From Chiloscyllium plagiosum (lineage: Eukaryota): a DNA stretch of 64,000 bases. Below, piece by piece: positions 39,489 to 52,005 of the stretch. The stretch is taken from contig NC_057720.1 of assembly GCF_004010195.1 (NCBI RefSeq), forward strand, positions 29,371,949-29,435,948. Reading direction: 5' to 3'. Below the pieces are notes generated by a model. The model did no database searches. It saw nothing but the letters and a program-made list of their open reading frames with translations, and was not told the origin of the DNA. Made by a program: the position numbers and the translations under genes. The stretch's first letter is position 1. Each line of letters starts with the position of its first letter.

Positions 39489-40309
39489 GAATGGAATGGG
39501 CAGAATGTGACACATGCAACCTAATGCTGAGATCTGTGATGAAACATTGACAAATGAGAGAAGGCAACAGTCACTATATAATTCTAAATTGGTTCAAGAA
39601 TAGAGATAATAAATTATATATGCACAAAGGATTGAAGGTGGTAGGCAGTTGAGAACCTGAATAAAAGGATATGGGATTCTGGGATTTATAAATAGATAAA
39701 TAAAACACAAAAAGTGAAATCATTACAGTGAACTTTGATAAAATACTGTTTCAACCTCAACAAAAGTATTGGTCTGTTTCTGGGCGCCAAACATAAGGAA
39801 TGAGGGAAGGCTTCAAAGCAGATACAGAAAGCTTTATGTGAATGGTGCTGGGGCTGAAAACTATAGTTTTATGAATAAAGAAGCTGAGTTTGTTCTTCTC
39901 AGAGAAATGAAAATTAACATGAGATTTGATAGAGGTATTGAGGATCATGAAGAGACAGAGTAGATAGGAATAAATTTTTCCCATTGGCAGAGGTTCAAGA
40001 ACCAGAGGACATGGATTTAAAGTGATTGGGAAAAGGACCAAAGGCAACATGAGAAAGCCACTTTTACTCTGCGAGTGGTTACCATCTATGATGCACTGAA
40101 AGGGTGCTGGACGCTGATTCACTTAGAATTTTCAGATAAATTGGATAAACATCTGAAGTCAAAAAGAAAACTGCATGTCTAAAGGGAGAGGTGTGGGAAT
40201 AAGTAAATTCCTGTTGTTGTGAACTGACATAGACCTGAATAACCTGCTTTTATGCTTTAACAATTCTGTAAGTCAAACATTACTTTGGTTCCCTTTGAGG
40301 TATTCTTTC

Positions 40310-41225
40310 CAATTCTAGGTGGCATCATGCTTCATGAATGACTTTTCCTCTATTATAAGGGAATATTTGCTTATGATTACACAATGTTCAGCACCATTTG
40401 TGAATTCTAAGATACAACAAGATCAGGACAATATTGAAGCTTGGGCTAATAAGCTTCACGCCATAAGTAACATTCACGCCACACAAATACTAGGCAATGA
40501 CCATCTCTAATAAGTGGCAATTTAACCACCATTGCTTGACATTCAATCGTGTAACCATCACTGAATCCCCCACTGTCAACCTCCTTGGAGTTACCATTGA
40601 CCAGAAACTCAATGGAACTCACCACATAAACATAGTGGCTGCAAGAGCAGGTCAGAGGCGAGGAATACAATGGTGAGTAACTCACCTCCTGACTCCTCAA
40701 AATCTGTCCACCATCGATAAGGCACAGTTCAAGGGGTGATGGAATATTCCCCACTTGCCAGGATGGGTACAGTTCCAATAACACTAAAGAAGCTTGACAC
40801 CATCCATAAAAAAGCAGCCTGCTTGATTGGTACTATATCCACAAACATACACTGCCTCCAACACTGATGCTCAGTAGCAGCAGCCTATAAAATTGACAAT
40901 ACACATTGGACAAATTTGTCAAAAGTCCTTGGACAGCAACTTCCAAATCCATGACCACTTCCACGTAGAAGGACAAAGGCAGCAGATACATGTAAACGCC
41001 ACCACCTACACATTCCCCTCCAAGACACTCACCATCTTGACTTGGGAACATATCATTGTGCCTTCATTATTGCTGGATCAAAATCCTGGAATTCCCTCCC
41101 AATGGGCATTGTGGGTCACCTGCAGCAGTTTGAGAAGGCAGCTCGCCTCCAACTCAAGGGCAGCTAGGGATAGGCAATTAATGCTGGCAAGCAAATGATG
41201 CCCATGTCCCATGAGTGAATTACAA
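40310..41225 (+). mobile_element. CR1/L2-group LINE 3' part
   Basis: QQDQDNIEAWANK, LGVTIDQKLN, LKKLDTI motifs; tail agggataggcaattaatgctggc...cccatgagtgaat. Confidence 0.75.
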
Positions 41226-41825
41226 AAGGAAGAACATGGAGGTTTTCAACAAGCTACAGCAGTCATTTACTATAATGGTTCCAGGGAAGATGGATTACAG
41301 TTACTTGATAGACTAGACAGAGTGTATGTGTTCTTCTTAAAGCAAAGAAGAACATAAGCCATAACAACACAAGAAATAGGAGCAGGAATTGGCCATTCAT
41401 CCCTTTGAGACCTCTCTACCATTTGGTGAGATAACAGCTTTGACACAATATTCCTGCAATATTGCTGTATCCCTTGATGTTTTTGATATGTGAAAATCTA
41501 TCAATCTCAGTCTTGGAAATATTCAATATTTAAACCTCTACGGCCCTCACCTGCAAAGAATTCCAAACATTCACCACACTCTGAGTGAAGAAATTCTTCC
41601 TCATTTCAGTTCTGTTGCTCCTCATTCTGAGGCTGTCTACCCTTGCTCTGGAAGATTAAAAGGAAATTTGAAAGAAGTGTTTAAGATTGTGAAAGGTTTG
41701 GACATATGCTAATTAGGATCAGGAATTGGTCATTCACCCTCAAATCTACTCCTTTACTCTTTTCTGTGATGCAATGCTAGTTTTTAAACTATTAAATCTC
41801 AGCATTATCTATTTCAGATAAATGG

Positions 41826-43272
41826 TTAGCAAGGCATTCAACAAGGTTTGTCATGGTAGACTGGTTAGTAAAGGGAGGCAATGGCCTACTAATATTAATG
41901 CTAGACTGTTAACTAGAGACCAGCTAATCTGGGTTCAAATCCCACTGTGGCAGGTGGTGGAATTTGAATTCAATAAATACCTGGCATGAAGCGTGTAATG
42001 ATGTCCATAAATCCACTGCCAACTGTTGGAAGAACCCATCTGGTTCACTGATGTCCTTTAGGGAAGGAAACTGCCATCTTTACCTGGTCTGGCCTACATG
42101 TGACGCCAGACCCACAACAATGTGGTTGACTCTTGACTTAGGGATTGGTAATAAATGCTGGCCTAGCAAGCAATGCCCTCATCCCATGAATGAATAAATA
42201 AATTATACAGAATGCATGGAGAACTAGCCACTTGGGTACAGAGTTGGTAGTGAGGGTTGCTTTTCAGACTGGAGGCCTGTGACCAGCAGTGTGCCACAAG
42301 GATTGGTGCTGGGTCCACTGTTTTTTGCCATTTGTACAAATGATTTGGATGTGAACATAGGAGGTATGATTCATAAGTTTGAAGGTGACACTAAAATCAG
42401 AGGTGTAGTGGACAGTGAAGAAGGTTACCTCAGATTACAATTGATCACATGGGCCAAGGAGAGGCAGATGGAGTTTAGTTTAGATAAATGTGATGTGCTG
42501 CATTTTGGAAAGGCAAATCAGGGCAGGACTTCCACACTTAATGGAAAGGTCCTGGGGAGTGTTGCTGAACAAAGATGCCTTGGAGGGTAGGTTCATCATT
42601 CCTTGAAAGTAGAGTCACAGGTAGATAGAATAGTGATGAAGACATTTGGTACACTTGCCTTTATTGGTTAGTGCATTGAGTATAGACGTTGGGAGGTCAT
42701 GTTGCAACTGTATAGGACATTGCTTCAGCCGCTTTTGGAGTATTGCGTGCAATTCTGGCCTCCCTCCTATAGGAATATGTTGTGAAACTTGAAAGGGTTC
42801 AGAAAAGATTTACGAAGATGTTGCCAGAGGTGGAGGGTTTGAGCTAAAGGGAGAGGCTAAATAAGCTGGGGCTATTTTCCCTGCAGTGTCGGAGGCTGAG
42901 GGGTGACCTTATACAAGTTTATAAAATCATGAAGGGCATGAACAGCGTAAATAAGCAAGGTCTTTTCCCTGGGGTGGGGGAGTCCAAACCTAGAGGGAAT
43001 ATGTTTGAGGTGATAGAGGAAGGACATAAAAGGGACCTAAGGAGCAATGCAGAAGTTGGTGCATGTATGGAATGAACTGCCGAGGAAGTGGTGCAGGCTG
43101 GTACAATTATAACATTTAAAAGGCATCTGGATGTGTATATGAATATGAAGGGGTTAGAGGGATATGGGCCAAATGCTGGCAAATGGGACTAGATTTATCT
43201 AAGCTATCTGGGCAGCATGGGCAAGTTGGACCGAAGGATCTGTTTCTGTGTTGTATATCTCAATGACTCTAT
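41826..43272 (+). mobile_element. CR1 LINE RT to 3' end (interrupted by the SINE at 41873)
   Basis: SKAFNKV before the SINE; VPQGLVLGPLFF and WAKERQMEF after it; atgactct tail. Confidence 0.88.
41873..42203 (+). mobile_element. tRNA-headed SINE sharing both ends with the CR1/L2-group LINE; inserted in a CR1
   Basis: B box GGTTCAAATCC; body ctggttcactgatgtcctttagggaaggaaa; tail aataaatgctggcctagc...cccatgaatgaataaa. Confidence 0.75.
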
Positions 43273-43486
43273 TTAATAAAGAGAGACTCTTTCCAGGGAT
43301 ATAAAGGGTTGATAATAAAAGGGATGGGACTTAAGGTAATTGGCAAAAGCACAAAAGACTACATAAGTAAAATATTTCTTAGTAACAAGTGGTTAGCATT
43401 TCCAATGCCCTTTGTGATTTAATAGCAGGTATGGATTCAATCCTGGCTTTCAAAAGGAAATGTTTAAAAGAGAAAACAATGGCAGG

Positions 43487-44024
43487 GATTCTGGTCTCCT
43501 TCCTATCGGAACAATGTTGTGAAACTTGAAAGAGTTTAGAAAAGATTTACAAGGATGTTGCCAGGGTTGGAGGGTTTGAGCTAGAGGGAGAGGCTGAACA
43601 GGCTGGGGCTGTTTTCCCAGGAGCGTCGGAGGCTGAGGGGTGACCTTATAGAGGTTTACAAAATGATGAGGGACATGGATAAGGTAAATAGGCAAAGTCT
43701 TTTCCCTGGGGTCCGGGAGTCCAGAATCGGAGGGCATAGGTTTAGGGTGAGAGGGGAAAGATATAAAAGAGACCTAAGGGGCAACATTTTCATACAGAGG
43801 GTGGTACAGGTATGGAATGAGCTGCCAGAGGATGTGATGGAGGCTGGTACAATTGCAACATTTAAGAGGCATTTGGATGGGCATATGAATAGGAAGGGTT
43901 TGGAGGGATATGGGCCGGGTGCTGGCAGGTGGAACTAGATTGGGTTGGGATATCTGGTCGGCATGGACGGGTTGGACCGAAGGGTCTGTTTCCATGCTGT
44001 ACATCTCTATGACTCTATGACTCT
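43487..44024 (+). mobile_element. Relatively young CR1 3' end
   Basis: Well-preserved ORF2 C-terminus; ctctatgactctatgactct tail. Confidence 0.9.
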
Positions 44025-45020
44025 AATTGGAAGCAGTGAAGCTTTAATGGGCCAAATGGTGCAATACTGTTTCATGATCCTAGGATAAACCAACTCCTGA
44101 GCATACACAGCTATAAAAAAGTTAAAGCAATCAATTAACTTGATTTATTATGTGGCTTGATTATTTTTTAACTCCTTTGCAGGACGAATGTTTAAAAACT
44201 AAAATTCTTCCCCTTTCATTGCTGCTTGTCTGATTTACATCTCCATGTTAAGTTCTGCTTGTGTTCCACATGGCTATAGTGGAATTGGAACTCAAGAATT
44301 GCAAGGTTTGAAACCTTTATAAATGGAACAGAAATACCTTTAGCATGATCATTGCATTTACCTAAGTTTTTCAACAGAATCAACCCGCTCTTTGCTGTAG
44401 CAGCAGTAGAAACATGGTTAAGTGTCACTGCTGGCCAGTCCATCTATGGACTGTTCACTTTGACTAATTTCCTGGGGTCAAGTCATTAAAATAATGTTTG
44501 ATAGATTAATGTTGGAGTACAGTAAGGGATTTTAGTGAGACAAAACCTTGCAATGGCAGTTCACTGCCACAGAATGTCCTGTCTGATGCTGAGAAAGTGC
44601 TTATCCCTTCCTACAAAAAACTATCACAAGGCATCAATATGTAGTTTGGGCCAGTTGTGGGCACCAGTTTTCATACAGTCACGACAGTAAGTTCGAACTC
44701 CTCCAGCAAACTGAGATTTGCACAGGACACCATCCAGAGTGCTGTTTGCACACAAGAAGGAGAGATGGCAAAGACAATAAACACCAACTCACTATCTCCC
44801 AGACAGCTGTGCAATACAGAAAGGAGCTTAATTACTTTTCTGAGGTTGGGCAAAAAAGACCTATCGTAACATTAATGCTTTTGGAATTTTATGCCTAGGT
44901 CAGAATGTTAATGATACCGGAGAACTTTAGTTGGTGGAGGATGTGGTTCTCGTGAAGTAAGAATGTCTACCTGTTTCCTAATAGGTTTACCTGATTGGCA
45001 ATTATGCACTCTTCCCACAG

Positions 45021-45099
45021 AAACGTCAAAACAAGACCAACCAAAAAACATAAACCTTCCAGAAAAAAAGACTGCTGACATCAATTCACCAGATGAAGG
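45021..45099 (+). CDS. Coding exon 4 (E-TSKQDQPKNINLPEKKTADINSPDE-G)
   Basis: Acceptor cactcttcccacag|, donor AAGG|GTAAAC; 79 nt, phase 1 in and phase 2 out, open frame. Confidence 0.7.
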
Positions 45100-47158
45100 G
45101 TAAACAAAATATTTTAGTTTAAGTAATAATGTAGAAACATAGTAATTTCTGGGCACCACTGGCCTATCAAGACTTACTCTTTCATACACTCAAGCAGATT
45201 TTGTGTTGTGATCCTAGAATCAATGGAATGTTAACGTGTAGACAGGAAAGCAGTGCGGTGAGAGTGCACGTAAGTGGCGTTGAAATGCCCATCAGTCATG
45301 ATTGAATGGCGGAGTGGACTCAATGGGCCGAATGGCCTTACTTCCACTTCTATGTCTTATGGTCTTCTGGTCTAATTAGAAGACATTTTGTAGGGAACAC
45401 ACAGATTTGATCCTTCATAGTCTTGAGTATCATGTTCCTTGCTCTGTTTATGATGGGCTCAACGTCATTGTTGTTATTAAAACTATTTTTCCCCAATTTT
45501 CTGCTTTCCTTTCATGTACCCTCTGAAAATGATTTGACACTAAGATATTATTCTACATTGTCACTCATACTCCACCTCTCACTATTCTTGTGTGAGCAGT
45601 GTTTAGTTGACGCTGGAGGATCGCATTGAAGTAACATACTGGCAATGTACTCACAAGATATTCACCTTTTCCACCAAAGGATGCACATGCAATTGCTTTA
45701 CCGAACAATGTGCTTTGCAGAGCATTGTAAAGAACTCAGTTATTGGAAATAAAAACAATGAGTGTTGGAGGAATTCAACAAGTCTAAACATCTGCAGTGT
45801 CAGAACCCAAGTTATCGTCTCATATACAATACATCCCTTTTGCAGAACTGAAACTAATGGTTGTTTTGCTGTTCCACTAGAGGAGGAGTAGGTAGAACAG
45901 ATTGTGAAGATGCCCAGAGTAAAAGAGGTGATAATGATGATAAAGGAGAAATAGGAGAAAATAGGTCTGCTCTGTAAACAACAAAGTCAACAGGATACAA
46001 AGAAGGCACAGCTGGGGGAGGATGGGGAAATCTAAAAAAAAAGACATGGAAGAGGAAATTAATTATGGAATTAATTATGGAAATCCCACCGAAGTTTAAG
46101 CTGCTCAACACATCTCCCCAAACCACCATCAGCTCACACCAGAATATTGAACCTATCTGGAGCCTTTCCATTATTCTGTCAGCACAGCACCACAGGATGC
46201 ACTTGCCCATTGTGTATAGGAGGCAAGTTTAGTGTGTCTATTAAGACCTCTGTCCATGATGAGCCATGTCAGTCATTTGTTTTACATTGTGAGATATAGT
46301 CCAGATTCACCAATTAGCAACCTCACTGGTACTTTGAGATTTTATGGGTATTGAAGCATTCATTGGATTTAAATGGAAGTCAAAATTAGCCACAAACATT
46401 GTATTATTTTGAAAAAGGATAACATGAAGTCTGGAGGCAGATTTTAGCAGCCTAATCTCATAGAGCAGATTGCTTGCTCTATCCAGTATAGAATCTAACT
46501 GATTTTCAGACATGGTGAACAATTGTCTCCATCAGATCACAACTCCAGTAGTGAAGGTAAAAGTTTACCACAAGAAGGATTGAGTTTTAAGATTCATAAA
46601 TAGACCTGATGGCCATTCCTGCAAGTGCATTTACAGAGTAAATGTTATATCAGTGCCTAGTGATCTGAACTCTGCACCAGGAATTCTCATCACATTTCAC
46701 TTTGAAATAAATAACACAGGCAATTTGCACTTTATTTTAGTTGGTATGAACCTGAAACCATTTTGCCCTAACACTAAACTTATGGAGTGTGATTGCATAA
46801 TTAGATGGCTAGTGTAAAGAAGGGAGATGGCAGTAAGAAGAATCTCATCGACAACTTTAGCAAACATAAAACATAGAAAATAGGAACAGGATTCAGCCAA
46901 TTGCCCTTTGAGCCTGCCCTACCCTTCAATATGATCATGGCTGATTATCCAACATAATGCCCTGTTCCCACTTTCTTCCCATAACCTTCAATCCCTTTTG
47001 CCCTAAGAACTTTAACTCCTTCTTGAATGTATTAGACAGAAGGTAAATGTATAAAAAGAAAAGAAATGATATAAAAGATGAGGAATACCAGAAATGTTAA
47101 ATTAATTCATTATACTTTTCTTTACAAATGTCTGTCTATTTCTCTCGGTTCCTTGCAG

Positions 47159-47222
47159 AACATCAGCTGAGACACCACAACCAGACATCATTCAAAAAGG
47201 GAAATTTATTCAGCCATCCTGA
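47159..47222 (+). CDS. Terminal coding exon 5 (G-TSAETPQPDIIQKGKFIQPS*)
   Basis: Strong acceptor tctatttctctcggttccttgcag|; phase 2 matches exon 4; TGA at 47220-47222; spliced CDS totals 432 nt. Confidence 0.7.
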
Positions 47223-47240
47223 GAATAGACTGAAATAGAA

Positions 47241-47290
47241 AATAAAGCAGCGAAATGTCAAGGACAGTGTGTGTGTGTATGTGTTTATAT
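47241..47290 (+). terminator. Candidate polyadenylation signal AATAAA with downstream GT-rich tract
   Basis: AATAAA at 47241-47246, 18 nt after the stop, followed by gtgtgtgtgtgtatgtgttt. Confidence 0.4.
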
Positions 47291-47539
47291 GTATATTTAT
47301 GGCTGGTGGATATGTGGGTCTGTATATGTGCACAGTTTTCCAGTTATGCAAATATATAAATGCATGAGTGCAAATGGGTGTCTTTATTGTGCTTATGTAA
47401 GTTAATGTATGATCTGTGTACACATGTTTTGTTTACTACCAGATAAGAGCCTAATTGTTTTGGATACTTGGAAACAATTTTTGAAAGAGCAAGTAAGTCT
47501 TGCTGCAACCCTATCACAGTTTGATGACACTACACCTGA

Positions 47540-48080
47540 ATCACTGTGTACTACTTTGGTCTCCTTAATGAGGGAATGATTGACATGACTTAGAAGGAGT
47601 CCAATGGAAATTTAGTAGATTGATTCAAAGGGTGAGATGATTGAACTTTGAGGTGAGATTGAGAAGAAAGGATTTATCATCCATAGAGATTAGAAGAATT
47701 AAAGTAAAATTGTTGAAGCATATCACGTTTTTTTCATTTTCTTGATGGAGTAGATGTTGAAAAGGTTGTTTCCCCTTGTTCCCCTTGAGGACGTGACTCA
47801 GAATAAAAAATGGCCTTTTTGTATTGAGAAGACGCACAAATTCTTCACTCAAAAAGTGACGAATCTTTGAAATTCTGTATGCAGAGAACTGGATGCCTTA
47901 GTTGATAAGTGCATTCAAGACTGAGATTGATAGATATTCTAGCACTAAGAATAAGGAAATCTGGGATCAGTATGAGGAAGCAGAGCTTATGCAAAAGTGC
48001 AACCATAATCTTATTGAATTGTGGAGTATGCTTGATGAGTATTTTGGTCTTCTCTAGTTCCTATTTCCTATGTTCCTATA
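47540..48080 (+). mobile_element. Old CR1 3' fragment
   Basis: Degenerate ORF2 C-terminus and tatttcctatgttcctat tail. Confidence 0.6.
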
Positions 48081-49439
48081 TTCTTTATTTAATCTGCCAC
48101 AGACACAATGTTGTTCTTTCATGAGTATCTAATGACATTTCTTTACAAACTATTGATTTAGTTATTTGTTATCAGGAGATGTGTTTGTGGTGATGACGAG
48201 AGTTTGAAATGCAAGATTTGGTTGTTTCTGATGTCTCGTAGTTAGGTTTTGAATAAACAAAAACAACAATGTTTCTGTATTGACAACTTTACAAGACTTT
48301 GTTAGGTTTAGAGACAAGGAGACCACTTCAGCAGGTCAGAGGAGTGTGGAAAACTCATACACATTTCCAATCAGGGATCATGGTGGTGTTGCTTAGAAAA
48401 GGATGGGTGCTGTTTATTGCTTAAGTCAGCCTGCTGGAGTGTAAGGTCTTTTGAAGGTTACTTTTTATTTATCATTCTATTTATAAACTATTTATATTTT
48501 TAGACTGAATACTGAGGTTGACAGAATAAAAACTCTCTTCAAAGACTCTCCATCATGTGATCTTTTGAATCACTTTAGATGTAACTTACTATTTATATAT
48601 TTAATTATTAACCCTATTCTCTGCATTTCCTGCCAATTTTTTCTTTATATAATACATACAGCTTCCTACATCACCCCCCCCCCACCCCCCCACCCCCCAG
48701 AGAGTCATTGTTTCACAGGAATAAATGTTTTGATTGTTTTACTAATCTCGTTGATCTCATTCATAGTTCCCTTGGAGATGCTCAAGAATTTGTGCTCGCC
48801 AAGTTTTCCATGAATGATTGCTTAAGTCATCAGAGACTGTTAGCTTGTGTTCTAGTTCATGTTGTATTCCTGTACATCACTGTTCCATTCAAATGACATT
48901 TTTCTTTCCTTATAGCAACTAAATCATACCTGTTTCATCTCATTCCTTAATCCTCCTCCCGCAGCAGAAAGTGTTTATTGTATGAATGAATGTTCATCTG
49001 TTCTTTGTAAATTTTTTAAAGATTATCTAAATTCCTATAACTTTCTTGCTGTTGCAAAACTTCTTCAATAAAAGTCTATTCCACTGGTGCTAATTGTTCA
49101 TTTGGGATTCTTGATAGTGATCTATTGTGGTTTGATACTTACTTTGAACATACACTTGTAGCATCATATTTAATTAAGTTTATTCAGAATCCTAGTACAC
49201 TTGGTACTATTTTTGCAAATTTATAGGTGTTCAACCACGTTATCTATTATTTATTTTGTGTTTCTGTCAATGATCTGGGCTCAAAAGAGACTGCTCCTCT
49301 GTTTCTGTCTATCTGAATTTGGAATAATGCTGTCCCTAGTCTCATTGAGGATACTTCAGCAGCTACCATTATTAATAGTTCTCATTCATAATCTGCTGAA
49401 ATTTCTGATGAAAAAAACATATCATTTATTTTCTCAAAG

Positions 49440-52005
49440 GATTCCTATTGATTTTTGACCCAACGCCATGTCTGTTTGAATTTGTTCCAGTGCTTCTTAT
49501 GTGTGAGATGTGCTAACCATTTTTCCACTTAGTTGACCAATCCCATGAACTTCTGCAGTTCCATGATATCCTTGTCTCCTGTGGGCCATCGGTAATGCAT
49601 GTTGCTTGAGCAATAAGTTCTAAGAACCCAACAATAGACTGTGAGAACTCATATTTCTCATTTTAAGTTAGTCCTTCTTTCTGCAAAGTTTTCAATATTG
49701 TTCTCACCCTTTTGTCCTATTAAGGGGTGGTTGAACCATTAATTAGAATGTCATCTATATGACAGATAACATCTTCTAATTCCTCTAAGATGTTTGTGAT
49801 TTCTCTTTGGAACATTTCAGGGGGAGAAGGTAAACAGTTAAAGTAATTTCCAAACATGATGAAGTGTTTAGATTCTTCATTCAGTGGAAGCTCCTGAAAC
49901 CACTGCATTCAGTTTGGTGAAAACAGTGGTCATTGCTAGGCTTGCCAAACTTTCATCTGCAGAGGCCATAGATCCATATTTTTCTCTCTACTGTTTTATT
50001 TGGTTGTGTAAAATTCACACAAATTCTTAGTGAGTCATTCAGTTCTGGAAATGATACCATCCCAAAACGCCTGGTCATTGCCTTGGACACTGGTGAAATC
50101 ACTCCTCAGTGAAACATTATCTTACTCTCACTTTTTACAGTTTTCAAAGTTCATGCAGGGTACATCTTTTAAACGTTGTAAATGTACCCCTATTCACCAC
50201 TTCCTCAGGAAGATCATTCCACATGTGAGCTACGCTCTGTGTAAAAAAAATTGCCCCCATGTCTTTTTCAAACTTCTCTCCTCTCAACTTAGAAATGTGC
50301 CCCCTAGTCTTGCTAATTTCACTGTTTTTGCTTAAGCCAATTTTTCTTGGATTGCAAGAAATTCAAAATGGCTTCCTCCAAAACTCAGACCACTATCTGA
50401 TCTCCAGGCAGGACTGTTATTAGTGAAATGACAAATTGGTTTGGCAGCTACTCTCAGTTTCAAGTGGTAAGTTGACTTTACCTCCCCCAAGTCCACTGAA
50501 CAACTTTGGGAATTCACTTCTAAATTCTTCTCATTTTTCTGTCATTTTCATTGACCTTGTAAATAAGTCTTAGATCCATACCAGCATTTCTGCTCAGCAA
50601 AGAGCATTCTTGAATCAAGTATAGAGCTACAATGATGACTCTATCTTTATACTCTGGTCTTGCAGCTTACTGACATCTTACTTTTAGTTGGATACATCCT
50701 GATCTTTAGAATTGATTGGTGGGTGTTTGAAGTATTTCTTGATTCAACAATTTCATTGTATCTGAACTGATAAATATGCCCCAGTGTCAAGTTTGAAATT
50801 TGTTTGCTGGCCACTTACTTTATGTCAGCATTCCAATATTCCCTTTTTGAATCTTTTATTTGCCAAGGAATGTTGTTCTTTTATTTTCAGTCACTTATGG
50901 AATGTAGGCATCGCTGACTGAACAAGGATTCATTGCTTATCTCTCGTTGCTCTTGAGAAAGTGATGACGAGCTGTCTTCTTGAACTGCTGCAGTTTATGT
51001 GCTTAGTAGACTCACAATGCCTTTAGGAAGGGTACGTCTTTTAAATGTTGTATTTGTAACCCTATCCACCACTTCCTCAGGATGTTTGTTCCACACGTGA
51101 ACTACCCTCTGTGTAAAACAATTGCCCCTCATGTCTTTTTTAAACTTCTCTCCTATCTCTTTGGAAATGTGCCCCCTTGTCTTGTTAATTTCACTGTTTT
51201 TGCTTAAGTTAATTTTTCTTGGATTGCAAGAAATGCAAATGGTTTCCTCCAAAACACAGACCACTATCTGATCTCTAATCACGTCATCTTAAATGCCCCA
51301 TGGTCACAGTTTTCTGTTAAACAATATAGTTTGTTGACTATGAATCAATGCTCTTTCTACATTTTTGTTTCATCAAACGCTGCTCTCTCAATGATTATAT
51401 AACATCAATGTATTCAGGAGTTTCTTTGTCTATTCTCTACCTTGTCCACAATGCTGCTGATCACATAGGATAGGATACTGTGCTGATCCTTATTTGATTT
51501 AGCTACAAACCCTAAACAGGTCCTGTATTGAGAGGATCACCTATGCCAGTTCTGTCACTTCTGAACCTATCATGGGGCTTCCTCATGCTCAAATAATTCT
51601 GGTAACTGTGGTATCTGTTCCATGGCCTCCTCTCATTGGAGCTTGGCACCCCACTGTATTGTTATACTGTCACTGTGTTGCCAGTTCTTCACATAAAGCT
51701 GGGCTATTTGTTTAGATATTTCCTTGCTTCTCTGTCTTGCTGCTGAGTCTTTCACTTGGTGTCATCATTTGTTATGTCAGTGGTGGGTCTTGGAAGAGGT
51801 CGGGTGCTCTCAATCACTTAAGAGGGATTGCAGGAGTTTAAGGTCTTCTTAAGGTCATGTATCATTCAGCATTCTGTGAACTATTTATATGCTTAGACTT
51901 AGGGTCTACACAGTAACATCTCTCTACAGATTCTCCATACCATGTGATCACTTGCACCACTACTGGCATACTTTACATTTCTGAGTATTAACCTTACACT
52001 CAACA
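49440..52005 (-). mobile_element. Ty3/gypsy remnant (candidate 5' LTR 51770-52005, gag, protease, RT)
   Basis: MIRDQIVV (gag); PLNEESK...PPEMFQREITNILEELEDVICHIDDILING (RT with xDD motif); TG...CA-bounded segment next to a degenerate PBS-like sequence. Confidence 0.75.

Noticed and set aside
44183..44202. Alternative terminal exon GRMFKN* after a good acceptor
   Set aside because: Too short to support; the exon 4-5 chain fits better
46510..46556. 47-nt AG/GT-bounded exon candidate
   Set aside because: Weak pyrimidine tract; inclusion would shift the terminal exon frame; no independent support
48674..48698. C-rich tract, potential G-quadruplex on the minus strand
   Set aside because: Simple low-complexity run with no functional context
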